Shown: one piece after another, positions 37,349 through 51,382 of the stretch | Numbering within the stretch: the first letter of the stretch is position 1 | Layout: every line of letters begins with the position of its first letter | Assembly (NCBI GenBank): GCA_021781455.1 | Contig: JAJXWV010000033.1 | Location: 201,169-265,168 of the forward strand | Length of the DNA stretch: 64,000 nt | Direction of reading: 5' to 3' | From: Acidobacteriota bacterium | Lineage (GTDB): Bacteria; Acidobacteriota; Thermoanaerobaculia; Gp7-AA8 | The notes under the pieces: model-generated | Told to the model about the DNA's origin: nothing | The model's input: the letters and a program-made list of their open reading frames with translations, nothing else | Database searches by the model: none | Position numbers and translations under genes: made by a program

Positions 37349-39007
37349 ATGTGGTCGCTCCGCATCACCCTCTCCAAGCTCCGGCCGTTCAATGCGACCA
37401 ACACGGCGCGGGCGCTCATCGTGGCGGCGGTGCTGGCAGCTTTTCTCTACGGCGACTTCGCCCTGTTTCGGCGCCTGTTCGCCGCCACCGCCACCATCGA
37501 GAGCGCCACTCCGTTCTTCGCTCTGGGGCTGCTGCGCAACCTCTTGGCGATGGTCTTTCTCGTGGCCACGGTTGTTCTTTTTTCCTCGGCCCTGACCGCC
37601 GCCATCGGCGCGTTCTTCTCGGATCTCGACCTCGACATCTATCACGCCGCCCCGCGATCGAAGCTCCGCCTGGCGATGGCGCGATGGGGCAAGACGCTGA
37701 TCCAGAGCGGCGCCATCGTCTTCGCCTTTCTCATTCCGCTGTTCGTGGCCTTCGCCAGGCAGTACTCGATCGGTCCGTGGTTCTACGTCGAGGCGTGCGC
37801 GAACCTGCTGCTGCTGCTCACCATCCCGGTGAGCCTGGCCAGCGCGCTGATCATCGTGCTGGTGCGCTGGTTTCCGGTGCGTCACGTCCACCAGATCGTG
37901 GCCACGATCGCCATGATCGTGCTGACGCTGGCGGTAGTGGCCTTCCGCATGAGCCGGCCGGAGCGGTTCTTCGCCAACATCAGGACCGATGACGTGGTGA
38001 AGGTGCTGCGCACCGTCGAGCTGCCGTCGATGGAGTCGTACCCGAGCTCGTCGATCGCGTCCCTCATGGTGGCGCGGGCCAGCCGTTCGCCGCTGCCCGC
38101 GATTGCGCCGCGCATCGCCGTTCCGGCCATCGCTCTTTTTCTCCTCTTCGTAGCCGTGGCTCGCGGCTTCTACTTCGCTGCATTCGTGCGGGCCCGCGAG
38201 ACGATGGCGCCTGTGGCGCTCGGATCGGATCTGGCCACCCGGCTCATCGATCGCGCCCTGGCGCCCTTCGACCTGCAGACGCGCGCCCTCGTGGCCAAGG
38301 AGGTCCGGACGCTGGCCCGCGACGTCGCCCAGTGGTCGCAGGTCTTCCTCATGGCAGCCCTGCTGTTCATCTACCTCTACAACATCCGCATGCTGCCCCT
38401 GGGCGGCGACGCCCGGGCCACGATCCTGGCCTACTTCAACGTGGGAATGGCCGGATTCGTGGTCACGGCAATCTGCCTTCGTTTCGCGTACCCGTCGGTA
38501 TCGGCGGAGGGGAAATCGTTCTGGATGGTGCAGAGCGCCCCCGTCTCTTATCGGCAGTTCCTGCGCGTGAAGGTCGTCGTCTACGCAGCGCCGCTGACGC
38601 TCCTCTCGGTCCTGCTGACGGCGTTCGCAAACGCCATCCTTCATGCCGGCCCGGCTGTCTGGATCTTCACGCTCGTCGGCTCGTCGCTCCTGGCGGTGAC
38701 GCTGGTGAGCCTCGGGGTCGGACTGGGGGCCTTCTCCCCTGACTTCTCGGCCGAGAACCCGTTGCAGGTCGGGCTATCACTCGGCGGATTCGCGTACATG
38801 GCCGTGGCCCTCAGCTACGTGGCCGTGATCATGCTGCTCATGGCCCGGCCGATCATCGCCTACTTCTTCTGGCGTGTTTTCGGGATCGGGCACAACCACG
38901 GTTGGATCTCCATCGCCGTACCCATCGTGATTGCGGTCACGCTGTCCCTGATTCTCATGGTGTTTCCTCTGCTCATTGCGGAGCGACGCTTGGCGCGTCG
39001 CATCTGA
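37349..39007 (+). CDS. Polytopic membrane protein (about 14 TM; possible exporter/permease-like)
   Basis: Long hydrophobic helices throughout, good GC3, no soluble domain recognised. Confidence 0.55.
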   Translation: MWSLRITLSKLRPFNATNTARALIVAAVLAAFLYGDFALFRRLFAATATIESATPFFALGLLRNLLAMVFLVATVVLFSSALTAAIGAFFSDLDLDIYHAAPRSKLRLAMARWGKTLIQSGAIVFAFLIPLFVAFARQYSIGPWFYVEACANLLLLLTIPVSLASALIIVLVRWFPVRHVHQIVATIAMIVLTLAVVAFRMSRPERFFANIRTDDVVKVLRTVELPSMESYPSSSIASLMVARASRSPLPAIAPRIAVPAIALFLLFVAVARGFYFAAFVRARETMAPVALGSDLATRLIDRALAPFDLQTRALVAKEVRTLARDVAQWSQVFLMAALLFIYLYNIRMLPLGGDARATILAYFNVGMAGFVVTAICLRFAYPSVSAEGKSFWMVQSAPVSYRQFLRVKVVVYAAPLTLLSVLLTAFANAILHAGPAVWIFTLVGSSLLAVTLVSLGVGLGAFSPDFSAENPLQVGLSLGGFAYMAVALSYVAVIMLLMARPIIAYFFWRVFGIGHNHGWISIAVPIVIAVTLSLILMVFPLLIAERRLARRI

Positions 39008-39065
39008 ATCGGCTCTGGTAGAATCGAAGTACCAATCAATTGCCAGCAGTCATGAAGGAGAGGAA

Positions 39066-39497
39066 ATGAGCGAGATTCCCCCGCCCACGGTTCCGCCTAC
39101 CGGTGGTTCTTACACGCCCCCGGGTGGTTCGTATACGCCGCCTCCGCCTCCACCTCCGGGCTCCGTTCCGCCGTCAGGGAGCTCCGACCGGACGCTCATG
39201 GTGGTCTTGTCGTATCTGTGGATCCTCTGCCTCATCCCTCTTCTGACGAAGAAGGACGATTCCGAAGTGCAGTGGCACGCGAAGAACGGCACGGCGCTGC
39301 TCGGAGTCGAGATCATCGTCTGGATCGCGTTCTTCGTACTGCGCATGTTCCTGAAGTTCATGGCCTGCGGCTTCGCTACGATCGAGTGCGTTGTCTGGAT
39401 CGCTTTCCTCGTGGTGCGCATCATGTGCATCGTCAAGGGCGCAGGCGGGCAGCGTTTCCGCATCCCGATCGTCACCGATTTCGCGGAAAAAATGTAA
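39066..39497 (+). CDS. DUF4870-family small membrane protein with Pro-rich N-terminus
   Basis: GAAGGAGAGG RBS. MVVLSYLWILCLIPLLTKKDDSEVQWHAKNGTALLGV matches the DUF4870 core. N-terminal GGSYTPPGGSYTPPPPPPP repeats. Confidence 0.65.
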   Translation: MSEIPPPTVPPTGGSYTPPGGSYTPPPPPPPGSVPPSGSSDRTLMVVLSYLWILCLIPLLTKKDDSEVQWHAKNGTALLGVEIIVWIAFFVLRMFLKFMACGFATIECVVWIAFLVVRIMCIVKGAGGQRFRIPIVTDFAEKM

Positions 39498-39508
39498 GGA
39501 GGCCCTGA

Positions 39509-39847
39509 ATGTCATCGAGTACTCCGGGCAGTTCGTACACTCCTCCCCCACCGGCGGGCGGTGGCGCGGGCGGCGGCGATCTCGTCTATCCGACGCAGCC
39601 GCCGAAAGACCCGATTCTCGTGCTGGTGCTGAACCTGCTGCTGCTGGGCGGCGTCGGTTACATCATCATCGGCCAGAAGACCAAGGGCATCGTGGCCATC
39701 GTGGTCTGGGTCCTCGGCCTGGCCACCTGCGGCGTGGTCAGCGGTCTGGTTGGCATCTTCGGCGCGATCGACGGCTACATGCAGGCCCAGCAACTGCAGC
39801 AGGGCCATCCAGTCGGGCAGTGGACCTGGTTCAGCGACCACCGCTGA
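39509..39847 (+). CDS. TM2-domain-like small membrane protein with Pro-rich N-terminus
   Basis: Two TM helices with a GxxxG pattern (NLLLLGGVGYIIIGQKTKGIVAI). N-terminus SSYTPPPPAGGG echoes the upstream paralog. Confidence 0.55.
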   Translation: MSSSTPGSSYTPPPPAGGGAGGGDLVYPTQPPKDPILVLVLNLLLLGGVGYIIIGQKTKGIVAIVVWVLGLATCGVVSGLVGIFGAIDGYMQAQQLQQGHPVGQWTWFSDHR

Positions 39848-39894
39848 TCGTCTGTTCTCATCAAGGATTGAGAAAGGGCGCCGGCAACGGCGCC

Positions 39895-40135
39895 CTTTTG
39901 TTACTTTCGGAGTTCCTCGGTTCCTCGGGGTTCCTCGGGGTTCCTCGGGGTTCCTCGGGGTTCCTCGGGGTTCCTCGGAGTTCCTCGGGGACCACTTTTG
40001 ATGATGATACCGAGGAACCGAGGAACCGAGGAACCGAGGAACCGAGGAACCGAGGAACCGAGGAACCGAGGAACCGAGGAACCGAGGAACCGAGGAACCG
40101 AGGAACCGAGGAACCGAGGAACCGAGGAACTTCTA
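39895..40135. repeat. Inverted tandem arrays: (ttcctcgggg)n on the left and (ccgaggaa)n on the right (about 9 plus 15 units)
   Basis: Direct reading. Overlaps the 3' end of sufT by a few nt. Confidence 0.85.
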
Positions 40136-40681
40136 CCAGATCCCCAGCTGAAGCTTCGCGGCATCCGACATCATGCTGCGGTCCCACACTGGGTCGAACA
40201 CCACCTCGACCTCGGCCTCGCGCACGGTCGGCAGCGTCTCCACCTTCATCTTCACGTCGCTCGCCAGGACCGGTCCCATGCCGCAGCCGGGAGCGGTCAA
40301 TGTCATTTTGATCCTGACGTCGAACGCGCCGTTGTCGGTATGGTGAACGTCGCAGAGATAGACAAGTCCGAGGTCGACGATGTTGACCGGGATCTCGGGG
40401 TCGTAACACGTGCGGAGCTGCTCCCACACGAGCTGCTCGACCGTCTCGGCCGTCACTTCCTGCGACTCGGCCGTCTGCGGCACTTCCTGCGGCGTCTTGC
40501 CGATGGCCTCGACGTCGTTGCCGGAGATGCGGACCATGAGGCCACGGTCGGTGATCAGGGTGTAGGCGCCGCCGAGCGACTGCGTGATCGTCGCGTGCGC
40601 CCCTTCCGGTACGAGCACGCGCTCGCCGCTCGGGATCATGATCGCTTCTGCGTTGCGGCTGAAGGTGATTTCTTCTCGCAT
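40133..40681 (-). CDS. sufT: SufT-like Fe-S cluster assembly protein (DUF59/MIP18 family with N-terminal extension)
   Basis: C-terminal DUF59 motif (CYDPEIPVNIVDLGLVY). Last gene of the suf operon. Confidence 0.7.
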   Translation of the reverse strand: MREEITFSRNAEAIMIPSGERVLVPEGAHATITQSLGGAYTLITDRGLMVRISGNDVEAIGKTPQEVPQTAESQEVTAETVEQLVWEQLRTCYDPEIPVNIVDLGLVYLCDVHHTDNGAFDVRIKMTLTAPGCGMGPVLASDVKMKVETLPTVREAEVEVVFDPVWDRSMMSDAAKLQLGIW

Positions 40682-40684
40682 TGT

Positions 40685-40805
40685 TTCCTCGTGTCATCCT
40701 GAGCCGGCGAAGCGCGGCGAAGGACCCCGGAACAGGAATCGAAATGATCGGGGTCCTTCGCCGCGCTACGCGCCTTTGGCGCTCCGCCGGCTCAGGATGA
40801 CACCT
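40685..40805. repeat. Family-A REP element copy (tcatcctgagccggcg ... cgccggctcaggatga inverted pair)
   Basis: Between sufU and sufT. Confidence 0.75.
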
Positions 40806-40809
40806 GTGT

Positions 40810-41253
40810 TTACTCGGTGCTCACCGCCTGTTTTTCTCCCTCGAGCGCGCTCCGCAGCGTATGCCAGGCGAGGATGGCGCATTTGACGCGGGTCGGGAAC
40901 TCGGCCACACCGGCGAAGGGAGCAAAACGGCCGAGGTCGTCCGATACATGGGTTTCTCCGGTGACCAGTTTGTGAAACGTGTCGAAGAGGACTTCTGCTT
41001 CCTGCCGCGTTTTCCCTTTGACCGTTGCGCTCATCACCGACGCGGAGGCCTTGGAGATCGCGCAGCCGCTTCCGATGAAGCTCACGTCACGGATGACGTC
41101 GCCGTCGATCTTCAGGAAGACGGTGTAGTGATCGCCGCAGAGCGGGTTGAAGCCCTCGACCTTCGTCGTTGCGTCCGGCAGCTCGCGGAAATTCCGCGGG
41201 TTCTTGTTGTGGTCGAGGATGACCTGCTGGTAGAGCTCGCGAAGGTCAGACAT
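40810..41253 (-). CDS. sufU: SufU/IscU-like Fe-S cluster scaffold / sulfur acceptor
   Basis: NPLCGDHYTVFLKIDGDVIRDVSFIGSGCAIS with conserved Cys ligands. Confidence 0.85.
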   Translation of the reverse strand: MSDLRELYQQVILDHNKNPRNFRELPDATTKVEGFNPLCGDHYTVFLKIDGDVIRDVSFIGSGCAISKASASVMSATVKGKTRQEAEVLFDTFHKLVTGETHVSDDLGRFAPFAGVAEFPTRVKCAILAWHTLRSALEGEKQAVSTE

Positions 41254-41264
41254 TACACGCCCTC

Positions 41265-41430
41265 CCCGCCCGGACCGCAGTTCGCAGACCGCAGACCGCA
41301 GATCGCGCGTCAGACACGCGCAGCATCCACTGCGGCGCGATCCACGCCAGAAAATCCCGAGGAACCCGAGGAACCAGGAACCCGAGGAACCAGGAACCCG
41401 GTCTGCGGTCTGTCGTCTGCGGTCTCGCGA
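41265..41430. repeat. Inverted arrays of gaccgcag and cccgaggaacc-type 8-11 nt units
   Basis: cggaccgcagttcgcagaccgcagaccgcagatcgcg ... cccgaggaacccgaggaaccaggaacccgaggaacc ... ggtctgcggtctgtcgtctgcggtctcg. Confidence 0.8.
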
Positions 41431-42758
41431 TCACCGGAACACCTCGATCACCCGCTTCAGACCGGCGATCAGCGCATCGACTTCTTCACGAGTGTTGTAC
41501 ATGCCGAACGACGCCCGGCTCGTCGCCGGAACGTTGAAGCGCATCATGAGCGGTTGCGCGCAGTGATGCCCGGTGCGGATGGCCACACCTTCCTGGTCGA
41601 GGATCGTGCCGATGTCGTGCGGATGAACGCCTTCCAGCGTGAAGGAGATGACACTGGCCTTCTCGGCCGCCGTGCCGATGATGCGCAATCCGGGAATCTC
41701 CACGAGCCTCCCGGTCGCGTAGACGAGCAGGTCGTGCTCGTGAGCGCCGATTTTCTCGATTCCGGCCGTGCTCACGTAGTCGAGTGCCGCAGCCAGGCCG
41801 AGCACCCCGGAGATATTCGGCGTTCCCGCTTCGAACTTGTACGGCAGCGCGTTGTAGGTGGTCTTCTCGAAGGTGACCGACAGGATCATGTCGCCGCCGC
41901 CCTGCCAGGGAGGCATCGCGTCGAGGATCGGCTGCTTGCCGTAGAGGACGCCGATGCCGGTCGGCCCGTAGACCTTGTGTCCTGAGAATGCGTAGAAATC
42001 GCAGTCGAGCTCCTGCACGTCGATGGGCAGATGAGGCACTCCCTGGGCGCCGTCGATCAGGATCAGCGATCCGTTGGCGTGGGCCAGGGCGATCATCTGC
42101 CGGATCGGGTTGATCGTGCCGAGGGCGTTGGAGGCGTGGCCGACGGCCACGATCTTCGTGCGCGGAGTGAGGAGGTTGGCGAATTGATCGAGCATGACCT
42201 CGCCAGCGTCGTTGACCGGCGCGATGCGCAGCTGGGCGTGCTTCTCGCCGCACAGCAGCTGCCACGGGACGATGTTCGAGTGATGCTCGATGGCCGTGAT
42301 CAGGACCTCGTCGCCCTCACCCACATTGGCGCGGCCCCAGGCCTGGGAGACGAGGTTGATCGACTCGGTCGTGCCGCGCGTGAAGACGATCTCCTTCTCG
42401 TCGCGGGCATTGAGGAAGCGCTTCACGGTCGTGCGCGCCGCCTCGTACTCGCTGGTGGCGACTTCGCTCAGGTAGTGCACGCCGCGATGAACGTTCGAGT
42501 TTTCTTCGCTGTAGTAGCGAACCAGGCGGTCGATCACCGCCTGCGGTTTCTGGGTGGTGGCTGCGTTGTCGAGATAGACGAGCTTCCGCCCGTGGACGCT
42601 GCGCGCCAGGATCGGGAAGTCGCGGCGGATGCTCTCGACGTCGTAGTCGGACCGCAGACCGCGGACCGCAGACCGCAGCGGCTGTGCTTCCGAGAGGCGG
42701 TCGGTGGTCGGCGATCGGTGCGCTGTGGTCTGCGGTCCGCGGTCTGCGGTCCGGGTGG

Positions 42759-42761
<3 letters not shown>
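41431..42761 (-). CDS. sufS: Cysteine desulfurase SufS (PLP-dependent), with a repeat-encoded N-terminal extension
   Basis: Group II desulfurase motifs (YLDNAATTQKP, SGHKVYGPTGIGVLYG, HHCAQPL). The only in-frame ATG/GTG/TTG is at 42761, giving an ATGA overlap with the sufD stop. The first roughly 40 codons are the gaccgcag octamer hairpin. Confidence 0.85.
42648..42760. repeat. Inverted arrays of GACCGCAG octamers lying inside the annotated 5' coding region of sufS
   Basis: gaccgcagaccgcggaccgcagaccgcag ... ctgtggtctgcggtccgcggtctgcggtcc. Confidence 0.85.
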
Positions 42762-44878
<2,117 letters not shown>

Positions 44879-44880
44879 TG

Positions 44881-44965
44881 ATCTGAAGTGCTGAGTACTG
44901 AGTGCTGAGTACTGAGTGTCCGACTTGCCCACTCAGTACTCAGCACTCAGCACTCAGTACTGCCT
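44881..44965. repeat. Inverted arrays of CTGAGTA/CTGAGTG heptamers between sufB and sufC
   Basis: The track ORF for sufC reads through this as MGKSDTQYSALSTQHF. Confidence 0.85.
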
Positions 44966-44969
44966 TTCT

Positions 44970-46403
<1,434 letters not shown>

Positions 46404-46427
46404 GGTCTTCTCAGCGCGTGCAGTGCT

Positions 46428-46904
46428 TCATCGCGACGCCTCTTCCGGGCGCGCTTCCAGTTTTCTCTTGTCAACGACGGTGACAGGCATGATGCCGTGC
46501 GCGAGATCGTCGAGCGTGACCTGCTCGAAGGCACCCTTGATGGCGCGATTGATCCCGAACATGAAGCGGCGCGACGGGCAGGCGACGCGGATGGCGCAGA
46601 CGGCGTGCCCCGCCGGGTCGGTGGTCTCGCACTCGACGAGATCCCAGGGACCCTCCAGCACTTCGATCAGGTCGCCAAGGGTGACGCGGTTCGCGTCATC
46701 GTCGAACGAATACCCACCGCCGATCCCCCGGTGGGAATGGATGAGCCCGCCCTGATTGAGCGCCTTCAGGACTTTCGTGACCATCGGAATCGGCAGGTGG
46801 TAGAACTCCGCGATTTCGCGTGCAGCCACGACCTGCCCGCGGTGCCGCGAGAGGTAAACGGTGGCAAGAAGGCCGTAATCGGTGAGGCGGGAGATCTTGA
46901 GCAT
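46428..46904 (-). CDS. Rrf2-family transcriptional regulator (IscR/SufR-like)
   Basis: N-terminal wHTH (MLKISRLTDYGLLATVYL) and a Cys cluster (C..C.....C) for Fe-S sensing. First gene of the suf operon. Confidence 0.85.
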   Translation of the reverse strand: MLKISRLTDYGLLATVYLSRHRGQVVAAREIAEFYHLPIPMVTKVLKALNQGGLIHSHRGIGGGYSFDDDANRVTLGDLIEVLEGPWDLVECETTDPAGHAVCAIRVACPSRRFMFGINRAIKGAFEQVTLDDLAHGIMPVTVVDKRKLEARPEEASR

Positions 46905-47180
46905 CGGGCGTCACCCAGTCGAGGGGTCAAAACAGTACCACTGCGGTACGGTTTATACAACCGCGCGGGCGGGCGGGTTTGTTCCTCGTGGTCGGAGCGT
47001 TCCGTACGGGGCGCGGAGGGGCTGTGGGGTACGCGGTCACCGGGTCACCAGGTCGCCGGGTCTCGAGGTCGCGAGGTCGGATCCACCCGGTGACCTGGTG
47101 ACCCGGTGACCCGATGTCCCGCCGCTGGAACATGCGACCCTCCCTCCCCGTTCTACACCCGCGAAAAGGAGAGTTGCCGA

Positions 47181-47660
47181 ATGCGAAATCTCGCTGCAGT
47201 GGCGATCGCGTCGATGCTCTTCGGGAGCGTGGCAAGCGCTCAGATGAAGGTTCCACAGGCGCCGCAGAGCGGCTCGCCGGTGGTCATACAGCCTGCCCTG
47301 CAGACGCAGACTGAACCTTCACTCGAGTCCGCACGCCGCATCCCGCGAGCCGAAGCGATCAAGCTGGTCAAGGAGAAGAAAGCCATTTTCGTCGACGTCC
47401 GGCCCAAAGAGTCTTACGACGCCGGGCACATCAAGGGAGCGATCAGTATCCCGTTGAGCGAGCTCATCGCGCGGTTGCGTGAACTGCCGCCGAAGAAGTT
47501 CATCATCACCTACTGTGCCTGACTGCAGGAACACACGAGCGCCCGTGCGGTGCTCGACCTCAACGCTCATGGAATCAAGAACACGGCCGCCCTGCTCGGC
47601 GGGTGGAACGGCTGGGTGGAAGCCAAAGAGCCGATCGAAACGACCCCGGCCAAAAAGTAA
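47181..47660 (+). CDS. Periplasmic single-domain rhodanese-like sulfurtransferase interrupted by an in-frame TGA at 47520-47522 (pseudogene, or selenocysteine/readthrough candidate)
   Basis: Signal peptide, then a rhodanese fold (AIFVDVRPKESYDAGHIKGAISIP...KFIITYCA-TGA-LQEHTSARAVLDLNAHGIKNTAALLGGWNGW). Homology continues in the same frame after the TGA up to a TAA at 47658-47660, which is followed by a canonical terminator. Confidence 0.5.
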
Positions 47661-47685
47661 AGAATTCGAACTTCAATTTCCTCTG

Positions 47686-47713
47686 AAGCCCGGCGCAAGC
47701 CGGGCTTTTTCTT
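47686..47713 (+). terminator. Rho-independent terminator
   Basis: gcccggc-gcaa-gccgggc stem-loop followed by tttttctt, about 25 nt after the TAA of the rhodanese reading frame. Confidence 0.65.
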
Positions 47714-47778
47714 CAGTCCTGAGTGCTGAGTCCTGAGTCCTGAATGGATTGGACCTGGCTCGGCATCAACTGAAGTGA

Positions 47779-49345
<1,567 letters not shown>

Positions 49346-49378
49346 ACATGGACTACCAATCGTCAATACATTGACGAC

Positions 49379-49813
49379 ATGCCCGAGCGCGATCTGGTGG
49401 CCGGCGTGGTTCAGCTGGCGAACCTTCTGACCCGGAAGCTCGCCCCGGTGTTCGAGCGGGCGGGCGTCACTCCTCAGCAGTGGGCGGTGCTCTCGGTGAT
49501 CGGTGAATCGGCGGCGCCGATGTCGCTGGCCGGCGTGGCGCGGGTGATGCTGGTCTCGAAACAGAACATGACCGGAATGATCGCCCGGCTGGAGCAGCTG
49601 GGACTGACCGAACGCGGCGGCGATCCGAACGACCTCCGCTCCTCGCGCGTGCAGCTGACCCGGCGCGGACGGTCGGTCGTCGAAAAACTGCTCCCTGCTT
49701 ACGAGCAATGGCTGGAGTCGATCGGTCGCGGCGAGCTCTCGCATCGCGATCTGCAGAGCCTGGCCCGCAGCGTCAATCGGCTCATCGACGCCATCGAAGC
49801 AGACGAGGATTGA
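49379..49813 (+). CDS. MarR-family transcriptional regulator
   Basis: wHTH region QQWAVLSVIGESAAPMSLAGVARVMLVSKQNMTGMIARLEQLGLTER. Confidence 0.75.
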   Translation: MPERDLVAGVVQLANLLTRKLAPVFERAGVTPQQWAVLSVIGESAAPMSLAGVARVMLVSKQNMTGMIARLEQLGLTERGGDPNDLRSSRVQLTRRGRSVVEKLLPAYEQWLESIGRGELSHRDLQSLARSVNRLIDAIEADED

Positions 49814-49814
49814 C

Positions 49815-51002
49815 TCACGCGGTCGCCGCGCTCTCGCTCCTCCCGACCACCACGCGGTTTCTCCCCTCGTGTTTCGCCGTGTAAAGCCTCTCGTCTGCGG
49901 CGTGGAAGAGCGCATCCGGATTCCGTCCGTCTTCCGGGAACATGGCCGCGCCGATGCTCACGGTCACGAACGATCCGTCCGGCGGCGCCGGCAGCGACTC
50001 GATGCCGGCGCGGACGCGCTCGGCAACCGCGGCCGCTGAGACGGCGTCGGCCTCCGGAAGAATGACGGCAAACTCCTCGCCGCCGTAGCGGGCCGCGAAA
50101 TCGGGCGTGCGGATGTTCTCCCGGATCGCGGCCGCCACCCGCTGCAGGGCGTCGTTTCCGGCGAGGTGACCGAAGGTGTCGTTGTATTTCTTGAAGTGAT
50201 CGAGATCGAGCACCAGCACGCCGAAGGGCGCCGGATAGCGTGCCCCGCGGCTGATCTCCCCGTCGATGCGCTCGCGGAAGGCGCGAAAGTTCGGCAGGCC
50301 GGTGAGGTCGTCGGTGCGGGCGTGGTCGCGGAGCTTGTCGCGCATCTCCGCAACCGCTTTGCCGAGGTTCGAGATCTCCAGATCCCCACGCACCGGCACC
50401 TCGGCGTTGACGTCACCCCTGGCAATGCGGTCAGCCGCTCGCGAAAGCTCCTCGATCGGTTGCACCACCTTCCGCAACGTGGTCTGCACTGCCGCAAAAC
50501 TGAGAATGACGACGATCCAGGCCACGGCCAACCCGATCACCATCATGTCCGGCGCGTCGCGCTCGAGCTCCGGGATGGTCTGCGCGACGATCGCCTTCCG
50601 CTGCCCGGACAGTGCCGCAGCCTCGAGCACGACGGCGTTGGAAGTCGCGTCGACATCCTCGGTGCGAGGATGCGGCTCGGCGACCACCTCCGCGAAGGCG
50701 CGTATCTTCGCCCGCAGCGGCCCCGTGTCAAGCGACGCGAGCGCCTTGTCGTCGACCACCTGCTCGACCACCCGGTAATCGCCGGCGCTCTTGTGCGGAA
50801 GCTGCGCACGAAACGCGTTCTGCTGCTCGATGAGCTTGTCCAGCGAGGCGGTGGCGTTCGTCTCCACCCCGATCAGCCGGCTCCACCGGTCCTGCGAGCG
50901 TCCAGCCCACCAGCTGAGGCCAAGAGTGATGGCGAACAGCACGAGTGCGAAGGCGCCCGTCAGCAGGAGCACGCGGGTGCGGAGATGCGTGCGACGCGGC
51001 AT
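49815..51002 (-). CDS. Membrane-anchored diguanylate cyclase (TM-HAMP-GGDEF; GGEEF variant)
   Basis: N-terminal TM, periplasmic region, second TM and HAMP, then a GGDEF domain with RYGGEEFAVIL. Confidence 0.8.
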   Translation of the reverse strand: MPRRTHLRTRVLLLTGAFALVLFAITLGLSWWAGRSQDRWSRLIGVETNATASLDKLIEQQNAFRAQLPHKSAGDYRVVEQVVDDKALASLDTGPLRAKIRAFAEVVAEPHPRTEDVDATSNAVVLEAAALSGQRKAIVAQTIPELERDAPDMMVIGLAVAWIVVILSFAAVQTTLRKVVQPIEELSRAADRIARGDVNAEVPVRGDLEISNLGKAVAEMRDKLRDHARTDDLTGLPNFRAFRERIDGEISRGARYPAPFGVLVLDLDHFKKYNDTFGHLAGNDALQRVAAAIRENIRTPDFAARYGGEEFAVILPEADAVSAAAVAERVRAGIESLPAPPDGSFVTVSIGAAMFPEDGRNPDALFHAADERLYTAKHEGRNRVVVGRSESAATA

Positions 51003-51020
51003 GCAGACAGGATAAGACAA

Positions 51021-51370
51021 GTGCTGAGTCCTGAGTGCTGAGTCCTGAGTGCTGAGTCCTGAGTGCTGAGTCCTGAGTGCTGAGTCCTGAGTGCTGAGTG
51101 CTGAGTGCTGAGCGCTGAGCGCCGAGGCGGCGGAGCCGCCGAAAGAATTTAGCGGCGGCCGTCAGGCCGCCGGAGGGTCGGTCGTGTGAGCGTAAGAGGG
51201 CGCGAAGCGCCCGGCAGAAAACTGGGGAGAAACACAAGGATCTGTCGCACGCTTTGCGCGCTCGGACGCTGCGTCGGCTGATCCGACGGCGGCCTGACGG
51301 CCGCCGCTAAATTCTTTCGGCGGCTCCGCCGCCTCAGCACTCGCCCACTCAGGACTCAGGACTCAGCACT
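51021..51370. repeat. Family-B MITE copy (51120-51335) nested between inverted arrays of CTGAGTC/CTGAGTG heptamers (51021-51115 and 51335-51370)
   Basis: About 13 heptamers on the left and 4 reverse-complement units on the right; the MITE core is in between. Confidence 0.8.
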
Positions 51371-51382
51371 AGAATCGCGACG

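Noticed and set aside
39895-40135. Possible CRISPR array, given the many short tandem repeats here and at other loci
   Set aside because: The units are directly adjacent with no unique spacers. The arrays are arranged as inverted, hairpin-forming arms rather than repeat-spacer-repeat, and no cas genes are nearby.
47523-47580. SECIS-like stem-loop immediately downstream of the in-frame TGA in the rhodanese gene
   Set aside because: Only a weak cacg..cgtg pairing is present. This is not convincing as a bacterial SECIS by eye, so selenocysteine remains speculative.
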